A stretch of 64,000 nucleotides of DNA, from contig CAKKRP010000063.1 in NCBI GenBank assembly GCA_919902765.1, forward strand, positions 15,112-79,111. The letters are read 5' to 3'. Shown piece by piece: positions 19,217 through 27,790 of this stretch. A model generated the notes under the pieces. The model saw nothing but the letters and a program-made list of their open reading frames with translations, was not told the DNA's origin and ran no database searches. The DNA comes from Gammaproteobacteria bacterium. GTDB lineage: Bacteria; Pseudomonadota; Gammaproteobacteria; S012-40. The translations under genes were made by a program, and so were the position numbers. Numbering within the stretch: the first letter of the stretch is position 1; every line of letters begins with the position of its first letter.

Positions 19217-20602
19217 TTAACGAATATTCATCAACGTCTGCGTAATTTGATCCGCCGCTTGTATCACTTGTGCATTTGCTTGGTAATTGCGCTGTGCAAC
19301 GATCAAATTCACTAATTGATCCGCGATTTCGACAGTGGATGATTCCAGCGCGCCGGATTGTATCAAACCCAAGCTCGCAGTACCGGGTTGCCCTATAACG
19401 GTATCACCTGCTTCAAAACTTTCCGTCCACAACGAGTCGCCCTTTTGTCTTAGCCCTTGTGGGTTGGGTACATTAGCAAGGGCCACCATCCCCAATACGG
19501 TACGATTGCCATTCGTATAACGCGCGAATACTTGCCCGTTGCCTTCCACGTCGAAGCCCGTTAACCGGCCGGTTGAAAATCCATCTTGTGATAGTGTATT
19601 TGCAGCAAAATCCGACCCATACTGTGTGGTTCCGCCAAAGTCTATGGTCAGGTCTATCGGTGCGGATCCAGTGGTGGTGGTGATGCGCGAATAAGCAAGG
19701 GTGGTGCGTACAGGTAAACCTGTAGACGATGATGTTGTTGCGCTAAGCGTACCGTTAGTCGAGAAACTCAACAACCCGGCGTCGGTACCCGCCGCTTCGG
19801 AGGTCACTGAGCCCGCAGTATTGGTATTGCTGGGCCGAATCAACGTTCCATCGACATACAAATAGGTTTGCCAAGCATTGTTGACGGGAATAACGACATC
19901 CGTCACCTTGCGGAAATACATCATGGCGGTATGTGAAGCGCCTAAAGAATCATAAATAGTGGTTGCAGTGGAATAGTCATAAGTCGCGGTATTCGCCGGG
20001 TTAAATGCCAGCGCCGTTCCCGGTACGCCCGCAGCGGCGGAACTATACAAACTGTTACCGGTATAATTGCCGTTTATGGAAGCGTCGATGTTTGCGTCAA
20101 GATTAAAATTGGCCAATACGGTAGTCGTCGCGACGGGGGCGCCTATGGTATTGGAAAGTTGCAAGTCGGTCAGGGTTCCATAGTTGAATGTCGTCGGAGT
20201 GGTTGCGGTTGCCGCGTTTGCAACTGGAAATATTTGTAGGTTTTGTCCGGTGGCGTTGTTTACGTAACCGTCACGATCTAAACCAAATGTGCCGTTGCGC
20301 GTTAAGTATCGGCCTTTTGAGTCCTTGACGACAAAAAATCCCTGGCCAGTAATGGCAAGGTCCGATGAGTTATCGGTATACTCAACGTTGCCTTGACTAA
20401 ACATTTGCCGCACGTTGTCGGTACGCACACCGCTACCGCTGGTAATCGCGCTGACAGCGCCATAGGCGGACGCATACACATCTACGAATTCGGCACGCGA
20501 TTGTTTAAAACCCACGGTGTTGGCATTGGCGATATTATTACCAGTAACATTCAGGTCCATGGACGCGGCATGCAAACCGCTGAGCGCTATTTTGAACGGC
20601 AT
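19217..20602 (-). CDS. flgE: Flagellar hook protein FlgE
   Basis: 461 aa. N-terminus MPFKIALSGLHAASMDLNVTGNNIANANTVGFK and C-terminus LVNLIVAQRNYQANAQVIQ. It lies between flgD and flgF. Confidence 0.9.
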   Translation of the reverse strand: MPFKIALSGLHAASMDLNVTGNNIANANTVGFKQSRAEFVDVYASAYGAVSAITSGSGVRTDNVRQMFSQGNVEYTDNSSDLAITGQGFFVVKDSKGRYLTRNGTFGLDRDGYVNNATGQNLQIFPVANAATATTPTTFNYGTLTDLQLSNTIGAPVATTTVLANFNLDANIDASINGNYTGNSLYSSAAAGVPGTALAFNPANTATYDYSTATTIYDSLGASHTAMMYFRKVTDVVIPVNNAWQTYLYVDGTLIRPSNTNTAGSVTSEAAGTDAGLLSFSTNGTLSATTSSSTGLPVRTTLAYSRITTTTGSAPIDLTIDFGGTTQYGSDFAANTLSQDGFSTGRLTGFDVEGNGQVFARYTNGNRTVLGMVALANVPNPQGLRQKGDSLWTESFEAGDTVIGQPGTASLGLIQSGALESSTVEIADQLVNLIVAQRNYQANAQVIQAADQITQTLMNIR

Positions 20603-20624
20603 ATCCTACTCCTCGCAAAAAAAA

Positions 20625-21317
20625 CTACATGATTTCGTGTACGCTATCCAAACTCATATTGCCCGCGCCGGCCACACTGATAGTCATTTTTTCACCGTTT
20701 TTTCCCAGCGTCACGCTTTCGACGGGTGCGACCAGCAAGGTCTGTAATATCTGTTCTTCGCCGCCAATGTTCGCACCCACAACGACTTTGTATTCTCCAG
20801 GCGGCATATTCGCACCGTTAAAATCTTTGCCGTTCCACGTGAATCTGACCGTACCGGCTGCGTGAGTTCCCAGTTGTTGTTGATGTATCAGTTGACCCGC
20901 TCCGTCGTATATACCTACGACAACCATGCTGGCGCCGCTTTCTAATTTGACTGCGCCTTCAATCGTCGCGTTATCGCCCTTCGGCAATACACCGTGATCG
21001 GTCGTAAGTAATACACGTCTACCCACTAAAGAAGATGCTTGCAGCGCTTGATTTGAAATCATCGCGCTGGACATATCCTCCAAACTTTTTTTCATGTCCT
21101 GCAGACCTTGCACTGAGCTGAATTGGGCCATCTGACCGATAAATTCACCGTTTTCCAACGGCTTCATCGGGTCTTGGTATTTCAATTGCGCCATCATCAA
21201 TTTCAAAAAATCCTCTTGGCCGAGCGTGCTGCGCTTTTTTGCCTCCGCCGCTTGTCTTTTGGTAATGTCCATTTGATCAGGCGGTGTAGTACCCTTGGGA
21301 TCTACGCTATTGGCCAT
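20625..21317 (-). CDS. flgD: Flagellar hook assembly/capping protein FlgD
   Basis: 230 aa with the FlgD motif (LGQEDFLKLMMAQLKYQDPMKP) and a C-terminal Ig-like domain. Confidence 0.9.
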   Translation of the reverse strand: MANSVDPKGTTPPDQMDITKRQAAEAKKRSTLGQEDFLKLMMAQLKYQDPMKPLENGEFIGQMAQFSSVQGLQDMKKSLEDMSSAMISNQALQASSLVGRRVLLTTDHGVLPKGDNATIEGAVKLESGASMVVVGIYDGAGQLIHQQQLGTHAAGTVRFTWNGKDFNGANMPPGEYKVVVGANIGGEEQILQTLLVAPVESVTLGKNGEKMTISVAGAGNMSLDSVHEIM

Positions 21318-21347
21318 AAATATTGCTCCTTAAATCCACGCTAATCA

Positions 21348-21761
21348 CTATTGCCCCATCCTCAATGTCTGCATCAACAATTGTTTCGACGTATTAAACA
21401 CTTCAACATTGTTCTGATATGATCGCGAAGCGGAAATCATATTGGCCATTTCCTCTACGACATTCACATTGGGCATAAATATATATCCCTCGGCGTTCGC
21501 CAACGGATTCTCCGGTTCATAGCGCATGCGCAATTGCTCTTTACTTTCCACTATCGCCTGCACCTTGACGCCGCTGCCTGGATTATTTTCATCCATAGGG
21601 TCTAATAGGGCCTGAAATATCGGATGGCGCGCGCGATAGGTGCGATCAATACTGGAACTCACGGTTTCGGCATTCGCCAAATTGCTCGCGGTCACGTTCA
21701 AACGTAGCGATTGCGCCGTCAGCGCGCTACCGGAAATATTAAATATACTGAGCAAAGACAT
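21348..21761 (-). CDS. flgC: Flagellar basal-body rod protein FlgC
   Basis: 137 aa with typical FlgC termini (SGSALTAQSLRLNVTASNLANAET ... MISASRSYQNNVEV). Confidence 0.92.
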   Translation of the reverse strand: MSLLSIFNISGSALTAQSLRLNVTASNLANAETVSSSIDRTYRARHPIFQALLDPMDENNPGSGVKVQAIVESKEQLRMRYEPENPLANAEGYIFMPNVNVVEEMANMISASRSYQNNVEVFNTSKQLLMQTLRMGQ

Positions 21762-21763
21762 AA

Positions 21764-22168
21764 CTATGATTGTCCTTTAAGCGCGCGTAGCATACCTTGA
21801 ATCTTGTCACCCAAAAACGTCAATGTTGTTTGATAATGCACTGCGGTTTCAGCAAACTTTGCCTTTTCGACATCGGCCTCGACGGTATTCTCGTCTATAT
21901 TCGCTTGGTAGGGATGACGATACAAGGCCTCTGCCTCTAGGGCCGAGCCGCCGCCGGGCTGCATATGTCGTGCGTCGGTCAACGTAGTTTGCTCCGCGTT
22001 ATCTTGTCTTTGCACTGAGCGCATGACGGAAAAAAAATCCACATCCCGCGCTTTATAGTGCGGCGTATCGACGTTTGCGAGATTCGACGCAATCAAGGCC
22101 GTGCGGCGCGCCCCCAAATAAAGAGACTGCTCGTGCAGGTGAAATGTCTTATCCAAATCAAACCGCAT
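21764..22168 (-). CDS. flgB: Flagellar basal-body rod protein FlgB
   Basis: Rod-family motif (ALIASNLANVDTPHYKARD). The start is set at ATG 22168 (GGAG SD 8 nt upstream). The 17-codon upstream extension in the track overlaps the sigma54 promoter. Confidence 0.88.
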   Translation of the reverse strand: MRFDLDKTFHLHEQSLYLGARRTALIASNLANVDTPHYKARDVDFFSVMRSVQRQDNAEQTTLTDARHMQPGGGSALEAEALYRHPYQANIDENTVEADVEKAKFAETAVHYQTTLTFLGDKIQGMLRALKGQS

Positions 22169-22202
22169 GTAATAGCTCCATTTCTTCACATGCGTGTTAA
22201 TC

Positions 22203-22219
22203 AGCAAGCGACGTGCCAA
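22203..22219 (-). promoter_or_regulatory. Sigma54-type promoter of the flgB operon
   Basis: The minus strand reads TTGGCACGTCGCTTGCT, a near-perfect match to TGGCACG-N4-TTGCW. It sits 35-50 nt upstream of flgB ATG 22168. Confidence 0.7.
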
Positions 22220-22331
22220 GCCTACAGCGTTGATATTTAAAGTTATTTAATTGAACTGGAAGGATACGCGGCAAGGTTATGCCGCTGGAAATGTACCACT
22301 ATAACTGCGATTGCCGGACATGCCGACCTGG

Positions 22332-23171
22332 CTATTTTTCTTTTAGGCGGTAATTTACCCCATGCGGGGTGCGTACCATTTCAAACGCATTAGTGTAATT
22401 GGTAGGCGATTCCGAACCGCCCAATATCAGATAACCGCGCGGCATTAATATCTGGCTCATACGGTCTAGGATGTCGGTTTTCATTGTCGCAGAAAAATAA
22501 ATCAATACGTTGCGGCAGAAGATTACATCAAACCGTCCCAGCGCGGTGTATGGATTCATTAAATTGATTTCCGTGAAGGCGATACGCCCACGCAATTCCG
22601 GATTGATCGCCCATTTATTACTGTTTTCTACCGGCGTAAAAAACATTTTCTTGCGCTCTTCCGACAAGCCGCGCGCCATTGCAGTGGCGTCATAGACGCC
22701 CTCTTTGGCCTGTTTTAGCACCGTGGGTGAGATATCTGTGCCGATAATTTGCACACCGCGCGAAAATGCGGTCGGATTGTTCATTAAGTATTCTTGTATA
22801 ATCATGCTGATCGAATACGGCTCCTGCCCATACGAGCAGGCCGCCGACCAGATGCGTAGCGGTCTATCTTGCAACTTAGCATATTCCGGAAGAATAATCG
22901 TTTTTAAAGCTTCATACGGATATATGTCACGAAACCACTGTGTCTCATTGGTCGTCATGGCATCTACGACGACTTCCTTAAGCCCGTGTTTTGAGTTAGA
23001 TTCCAAGGCGATCAATAAATCATGCAAGCTCGCCATGCCGTGGCTAGTCAGTATGGACGACAAACGGCTCGACACTAAATATTGTTTATTGTCGCCTAAT
23101 ACAATACCGCACGATCGTTCCAGCAACGTGCGAAAGCGGTTGTAATCTTCCAGGGGAATTTCTTTTTCCAC
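22332..23171 (-). CDS. cheR: Chemotaxis protein methyltransferase CheR
   Basis: 279 aa with a CheR N-terminal helical domain and a SAM-binding domain (RIWSAACSYGQEPYSI, VIFCRNVLIYF). Confidence 0.88.
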   Translation of the reverse strand: MEKEIPLEDYNRFRTLLERSCGIVLGDNKQYLVSSRLSSILTSHGMASLHDLLIALESNSKHGLKEVVVDAMTTNETQWFRDIYPYEALKTIILPEYAKLQDRPLRIWSAACSYGQEPYSISMIIQEYLMNNPTAFSRGVQIIGTDISPTVLKQAKEGVYDATAMARGLSEERKKMFFTPVENSNKWAINPELRGRIAFTEINLMNPYTALGRFDVIFCRNVLIYFSATMKTDILDRMSQILMPRGYLILGGSESPTNYTNAFEMVRTPHGVNYRLKEK

Positions 23172-23207
23172 CGTTATCTATCCATGCCGAATAATATGAC
23201 GATTTTC

Positions 23208-24140
23208 CTATCCCGCCGCCAACTCAGCGACACGCTCATAAACCATTCTCGTTAATTCACTGCCATCGTATTTGGCCAAAAATTTATTGGCCTTGACTTG
23301 TTCCAACAGCCCGGAATCCAATACACCGCTCAAGCTGGTGTGCAATAACACATACAAATGCTGCAATTGCGAATTATTACGTATCTCTTTAGTTAATGTG
23401 TATCCGTCCATACGCGGCATTTCCACATCGGAGATGATCAAACATAGCTTTTTTAATTCCGGCGCATCGCTAGCCGCCCATTGTTTCAAAATATCCAAAC
23501 CTTCACGCCCATCCTTAGCCGCCGTGTAGCCCACCCCGGTGGGCTGGATCGCGCGTTCGATTTGTTTACGTGCGACCGCAGAATCGTCAACGAACAATAC
23601 ATGATAGCCGGTAGCGTCCACCGCACCGGCATTACTATTTTTCTGATCTAATGTATCTTTGACGCCGGTCACACCAAATAACACCTTTTCGACATCAATG
23701 ATCTCTACGATACGTCCTTCCACGTTGGTCACCGCTGTCAAAAAGTGGGAATCTCCCATTCCTGGCGGTGCGGGTAACATGTCAGTCCAATTGGTATTAA
23801 CAATTTTATCTACGCCCGCCACTAAAAAACCCTGTAGAGATCGGCTAAACTCCGTGACCACCAAGGCGGTAGTCGCGCCTTGTTTTAGCGCTGGACGGCC
23901 CATGGCCATTTGCAAATCAATGACAGAGATCGTCGTGCCGCGCATATTGGTGATCCCCAGATTAGCAGGATTTCGGCCAGGGTAGCGGGTCAACTGTGGG
24001 CACGGCATCACAACTTCGCGCACTTTAAATACATTAATGCCATAGAGCTGCGCATCATCAAGGCGAAACAACAATATTTCCAATCGGTTGTGCCCGACTA
24101 GACGCGTGCGTTGATTGACCCCCGCCAGCACCTGGCTCAT
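23208..24140 (-). CDS. cheV: Chemotaxis coupling protein CheV (CheW-like domain + receiver domain)
   Basis: 310 aa. N-terminal CheW-like domain (ILLFRL...YGINVFKVREV) and C-terminal REC domain (VLFVDDS...ISDVEMPRMDGY). Confidence 0.88.
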   Translation of the reverse strand: MSQVLAGVNQRTRLVGHNRLEILLFRLDDAQLYGINVFKVREVVMPCPQLTRYPGRNPANLGITNMRGTTISVIDLQMAMGRPALKQGATTALVVTEFSRSLQGFLVAGVDKIVNTNWTDMLPAPPGMGDSHFLTAVTNVEGRIVEIIDVEKVLFGVTGVKDTLDQKNSNAGAVDATGYHVLFVDDSAVARKQIERAIQPTGVGYTAAKDGREGLDILKQWAASDAPELKKLCLIISDVEMPRMDGYTLTKEIRNNSQLQHLYVLLHTSLSGVLDSGLLEQVKANKFLAKYDGSELTRMVYERVAELAAG

Positions 24141-24174
24141 AGCATTTTTCCTTTGTTTGTCTATCGCTTACGTA

Positions 24175-24201
24175 ATATCGGCGGGATCCCTTAAATCTGA
24201 A
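24175..24201 (-). promoter_or_regulatory. Possible sigma28-type promoter for cheV-cheR (good -10, weak -35)
   Basis: The minus strand reads TTCAGATT-N11-GCCGATAT. The -10 matches GCCGATAA at 7/8 positions and the -35 at only 5/8. It sits about 35 nt upstream of the cheV ATG. Confidence 0.3.
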
Positions 24202-24212
24202 TACAAGAAATA

Positions 24213-24228
24213 AGGCACAACGCTTGCT
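24213..24228 (+). promoter_or_regulatory. Sigma54-type promoter upstream of flgA
   Basis: The plus strand reads AGGCACAACGCTTGCT with exact GG-N10-GC spacing. It ends only 12 nt before the first ATG of the flgA ORF. Confidence 0.5.
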
Positions 24229-24239
24229 ATCAGTTAGTT

Positions 24240-24986
24240 ATGCTTAAGCACTCGATGCGTAAAATACCACACTCACTGCGACCGCTTCACCTGATGGCGG
24301 TCGCCTGCCTGCTAATCTTGAGCGGCAATAGTTGCCGCGCGGCGGCCGCGCCAGATACTGAGGGATCGCTAGCGCTCGCCGCGCAGATACGGAATTTTAT
24401 CGAAGCTCAAATCGTTCCACCCGCTGACACCGACATCGAAATCGGCCTGGAGGCGCTAAAAACCTTGCCCTATAGCACGTGCGCCAAACCCTTAGATGTG
24501 CGGCTGTATACCCCACGCCCCGGCATAGGCAACACCAGCGTGGCGCTGAATTGCCCGCAAGACTTGCCGTGGCGCGCCATCCTGCCGGTGACAATACGTG
24601 GCTACGCGGCGGTGGTGGTGGCCAATCGCCCCTTGCTACCCGGTCAAACCGTCAGGGCCGAAGACCTGCAACAGGTTAAACTCGATATTGCCAATTTACA
24701 CAACGGATACTATACCCAATCTATACAGGTGATAAACGCCTTGGTCAAACAAGCGATACGCCCCGGCATGCCGGTGTATGCGCACCAATTGCGTCCTGCA
24801 TTATTGATTAAGCGCGGGGAAAAAGTGGTGTTGATGAGAGAACACAGCGGCCTCTCCATACGCATGATGGGCGAGGCGTTGAAAGATGGCGCGCTGGGCG
24901 ACATCATCCCGGTCAGGAATTTGAATTCCCGACGCGTGGTGGAAGGCACGGTTACCCGACGACAGGAAGTGACTATTCGCATGTAG
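24240..24986 (+). CDS. flgA: Flagellar P-ring assembly chaperone FlgA
   Basis: 248 aa with a signal peptide and the C-terminal SAF-like motif (GDIIPVRNLNSRRVVEGTV). It diverges from cheV on the opposite strand and precedes flgM. The true start may be ATG 24255 or 24294 (see finding). Confidence 0.8.
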   Translation: MLKHSMRKIPHSLRPLHLMAVACLLILSGNSCRAAAAPDTEGSLALAAQIRNFIEAQIVPPADTDIEIGLEALKTLPYSTCAKPLDVRLYTPRPGIGNTSVALNCPQDLPWRAILPVTIRGYAAVVVANRPLLPGQTVRAEDLQQVKLDIANLHNGYYTQSIQVINALVKQAIRPGMPVYAHQLRPALLIKRGEKVVLMREHSGLSIRMMGEALKDGALGDIIPVRNLNSRRVVEGTVTRRQEVTIRM

Positions 24987-25045
24987 GTCGATATAACGTC
25001 GGCGTAGCCGTGTGTAAAAGTGCGACGAGATTACGCAAAAAGGCC

Positions 25046-25072
25046 TAAAGTATTTTTTTCTGCGGCCGATAG
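25046..25072 (+). promoter_or_regulatory. Sigma28-type promoter of flgM-flgN
   Basis: TAAAGTAT-N11-GCCGATAG against the consensus TAAAGTTT-N11-GCCGATAA. It sits 37 nt upstream of the flgM ATG, which has a GGAGG SD. Confidence 0.75.
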
Positions 25073-25108
25073 CTTCTGCGTCAGTCTACTTAAATTTGGA
25101 GGTGAGTT

Positions 25109-25438
25109 ATGTCGATCGAAGGTATTAAAACGGGCTTAGACAATGGGAGTTTAGTAAACGATGCCCCGGTAACACGCGCCAAGGCCCCGGCACAACACGG
25201 GTCTACCCCCCAAACACCGCCAGCGGCGGCGCACACGGGTGACCGCCTAAGCCTCACCAGCGAAGCAACGTTATTGAAGGATGTCGAAAAACGGCTTGCC
25301 GCATTGCCTATTGTGGACGCCCAAAAAGTGGCGCGGATACGCAACGAAATCAGCCAGGGCACTTACACCATAGACCCGCAGAAAGTCGCCGATAAGTTGT
25401 TGAATTTTGAGAAACTCATAACCAAAAGCGAGAAATAA
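25109..25438 (+). CDS. flgM: Anti-sigma-28 factor FlgM
   Basis: 109 aa with the C-terminal FlgM motif (VDAQKVARIRNEISQGTYTIDPQKVADKLL). Confidence 0.85.
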   Translation: MSIEGIKTGLDNGSLVNDAPVTRAKAPAQHGSTPQTPPAAAHTGDRLSLTSEATLLKDVEKRLAALPIVDAQKVARIRNEISQGTYTIDPQKVADKLLNFEKLITKSEK

Positions 25439-25440
25439 AC

Positions 25441-25932
25441 ATGATCCCCCTTGATAAGACCTCCGAGATCGCGGATTCTTTGGCCACCCAAGCCGAACTG
25501 GCGCAACGTCTCCTGGAGTTGCTCAAGGGTGAATATCAATCCTTGGCGCATCTCGACGGTGAGACACTACAATCGCAATTGATAGAAAAACAGCAACTCA
25601 TAGACGCCTTAGAGACGCTGCATCAAGAATTCCAAGGACTCGCCACTGAGGTCGGATGCCCGGTACGCGACAAAATCAGTATGGAGCGCTTGATCGAGGT
25701 ATGCGATTCGGAACATCACCTCGGGCTGGTCGAGTCCTGGAAGGACATGTCGGATGCGCTCGCGTCCTGCCAGCGACAAAATGAAATCAACGGCATGGTC
25801 ATTGTACTCGGCCACCAATCCATGCAAAATGTATTGGCGTCGTTGCAAGGCCTGCCCCCTGGGAGTGTGTTGTATGATACCCACGGACAAACCCGCGTGC
25901 CTAGCGCGCATAATGTGCTCGCCAAAGTATAG
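25441..25932 (+). CDS. flgN: Flagellar export chaperone FlgN
   Basis: 163-aa helical protein immediately after flgM (2-nt gap), with a FlgN-like N-terminal helix (LAQRLLELLKGEYQSLA). Confidence 0.78.
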   Translation: MIPLDKTSEIADSLATQAELAQRLLELLKGEYQSLAHLDGETLQSQLIEKQQLIDALETLHQEFQGLATEVGCPVRDKISMERLIEVCDSEHHLGLVESWKDMSDALASCQRQNEINGMVIVLGHQSMQNVLASLQGLPPGSVLYDTHGQTRVPSAHNVLAKV

Positions 25933-25983
25933 CCCTGGGCATTTCTAAATGGTAAGATAGCGCCCGCAAAAAGGAAATACTGT

Positions 25984-26059
<76 letters not shown>

Positions 26060-26096
26060 CCTTAAGGCGGTATCTGCCCTTCCAGTTCCCGGTTCC

Positions 26097-26173
26097 GCCC
26101 CGGTAGCTCAGTTGGATAGAGCGTCCCCCTCCTAAGGGGAAGGTCACCGGTTCGACTCCGGTCTGGGGCACCA
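26097..26173 (+). tRNA. tRNA-Arg (anticodon CCT)
   Basis: I folded the cloverleaf by hand. Acceptor GCCCCGG/CTGGGGC, anticodon loop CTCCTAA, T-arm ACCGG-TTCGACT-CCGGT, and CCA is encoded. Confidence 0.9.
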
Positions 26174-26198
26174 CCCTCTCGTTCGTCGTGGCGGCGTA

Positions 26199-27392
26199 TT
26201 ATGCCCGCGCTTTAAATAATGTACCTAAGACCTGCGATTCCGTTCGTATCATCATGGCGTTGGCCTGATACGCCTGCTTGGCCCGCAATAAATCGACTAA
26301 TTCTTCATCGAGGTTGACGTTTGAAGATTCCAAGGCCCCGCCTTGGATTTGCCCAAACGCGCTGCTCCCGGCGCTACCCAATATCGCGTTACCGGAACCT
26401 GCGGATTCGGCCACGACGCCACCGTCCAAGGCCAACAAATCTTGTGGGTTGGCAAAATTCGCCATCGCGACACGTCCAACCGTTAAGACCTTGCCGTCGG
26501 CATAGCGCGCCATAACCGTACCTTGCCGATCTATCGCAACCCCGGTTAAACCCGCACCGCCGGTACTACCGTCTTGGGTGATGGTGTTGAGGCTGGAAGG
26601 CCCAGCGAATTGCGTCGTCGCCCCCATATTCAGGGTTAAATTGAGCGGTGCCGCACCATTGCTAAAATTAACGCTGGGCAAGGTCAGGGCACCGCCTGCG
26701 GGCACCGCCAATGCGCCCGTGCTGTCAAATTGCATACTCGAGACCCCAGGCAAGGTATTGCCATCGGCGGCCGCATACACGTCCCAACCGCCCGGCGCGG
26801 CATTTTTCACGTAGTAGACGCTTAGTGGATGGTTAACCCCCAAACTGTCTTGTACCGTGGCGGCCGTTTGAAAATTGTAGGACGCGGCATTGCTGGCATT
26901 GAACGCTGCCGCCGGCGCGGTGGCGGTCGCATCGAGATTGGCGTTAACGGTCACTTGGGTCGTGGCGCGTGGCGCGCTGACCGTCGCAGATATGCGCACA
27001 TCACCCAACTGACTGGTAAGATTGCCCGCAGCATCGGCCTGGTAGGCCGTCAAACGCATCCCGCTACTATTGGCCAGATATCCTTGGGCATCCATATGGA
27101 ACATGCCCGCGCGCGCGTACACTGCATTGCCATTATCGTTGAGGCGAAAAAATCCTGGCCCGGTGATCGCCAGGTCTAAGCTATTATCGGTAAGGTCTAA
27201 TTGACCCTGCGCGTATTGACTGGATACCGACGCTACGCGCGCACCGCCTCGCGCAGGCATGGCATTATCGACCACCTCGGCGCGCGCGCGTTTGTAGCCG
27301 GGGGTATTGCTATTGGCGATATTATTGGCGGTGGTGCGCAGGCGATTTTGCGCGGCATTCAAACCACTCAAACTGATATCAAATAGCGACAT
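26199..27392 (-). CDS. Second, orphan FlgE-like flagellar hook protein
   Basis: 397 aa. Rod/hook N-terminus (MSLFDISLSGLNAAQNRLRTTANNIANSNTPGYKR) and C-terminus (LVDLLRAKQAYQANAMMIRT), with an Ala-rich central domain. It lies outside the flgB-L operon. Confidence 0.8.
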   Translation of the reverse strand: MSLFDISLSGLNAAQNRLRTTANNIANSNTPGYKRARAEVVDNAMPARGGARVASVSSQYAQGQLDLTDNSLDLAITGPGFFRLNDNGNAVYARAGMFHMDAQGYLANSSGMRLTAYQADAAGNLTSQLGDVRISATVSAPRATTQVTVNANLDATATAPAAAFNASNAASYNFQTAATVQDSLGVNHPLSVYYVKNAAPGGWDVYAAADGNTLPGVSSMQFDSTGALAVPAGGALTLPSVNFSNGAAPLNLTLNMGATTQFAGPSSLNTITQDGSTGGAGLTGVAIDRQGTVMARYADGKVLTVGRVAMANFANPQDLLALDGGVVAESAGSGNAILGSAGSSAFGQIQGGALESSNVNLDEELVDLLRAKQAYQANAMMIRTESQVLGTLFKARA

Positions 27393-27790
27393 CGGCGGCG
27401 CGTCCTAAGCAACGGTTTTTCATACGCAGGATAACGTACCGTCGGCGCTAAAATATTAGCCCGCACCGGGCCTTTAACCTATTGATTTCTTTTGCGAAAT
27501 TAACATCAACTATTTAATCAACAAAATCAGCTATTTAAAAAGTCTAACGTTGTGAAGCGGCACACACATTGGCAATTTATTTGGTGCGCACTGTCGATTG
27601 ACCTTTGCCCGAGGACGACATCACGCGCGTTGCGCTAGGTGACAATGGTGTGCCTATATTCATTTTACTCCTCGCCTATCCAACAGACAAAAATCAACCT
27701 CTTGAGTAACTTAACCCTAACCCGTTGATCACTCGAAGAAGCCCCTACCCAGTTATGCTGAGATTGGTGGCCGCCAGGCGGCCTGAATCG

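Noticed and set aside
22169-22219. Upstream extension of the flgB ORF
   Set aside because: The extension overlaps a near-perfect sigma54 promoter. ATG 22168 has a GGAG SD and yields a normal-length FlgB.
27590-27660. Sigma54-like strings (TGGCAATTTATTTGGT on the plus strand; AGGCACACCATTGTCA on the minus strand) upstream of the orphan flgE
   Set aside because: The first points away from any gene, antisense into the RCC1 gene, and has TTGG instead of TTGC. The second has TGTC at -12. Neither meets the GG-N10-GC rule.
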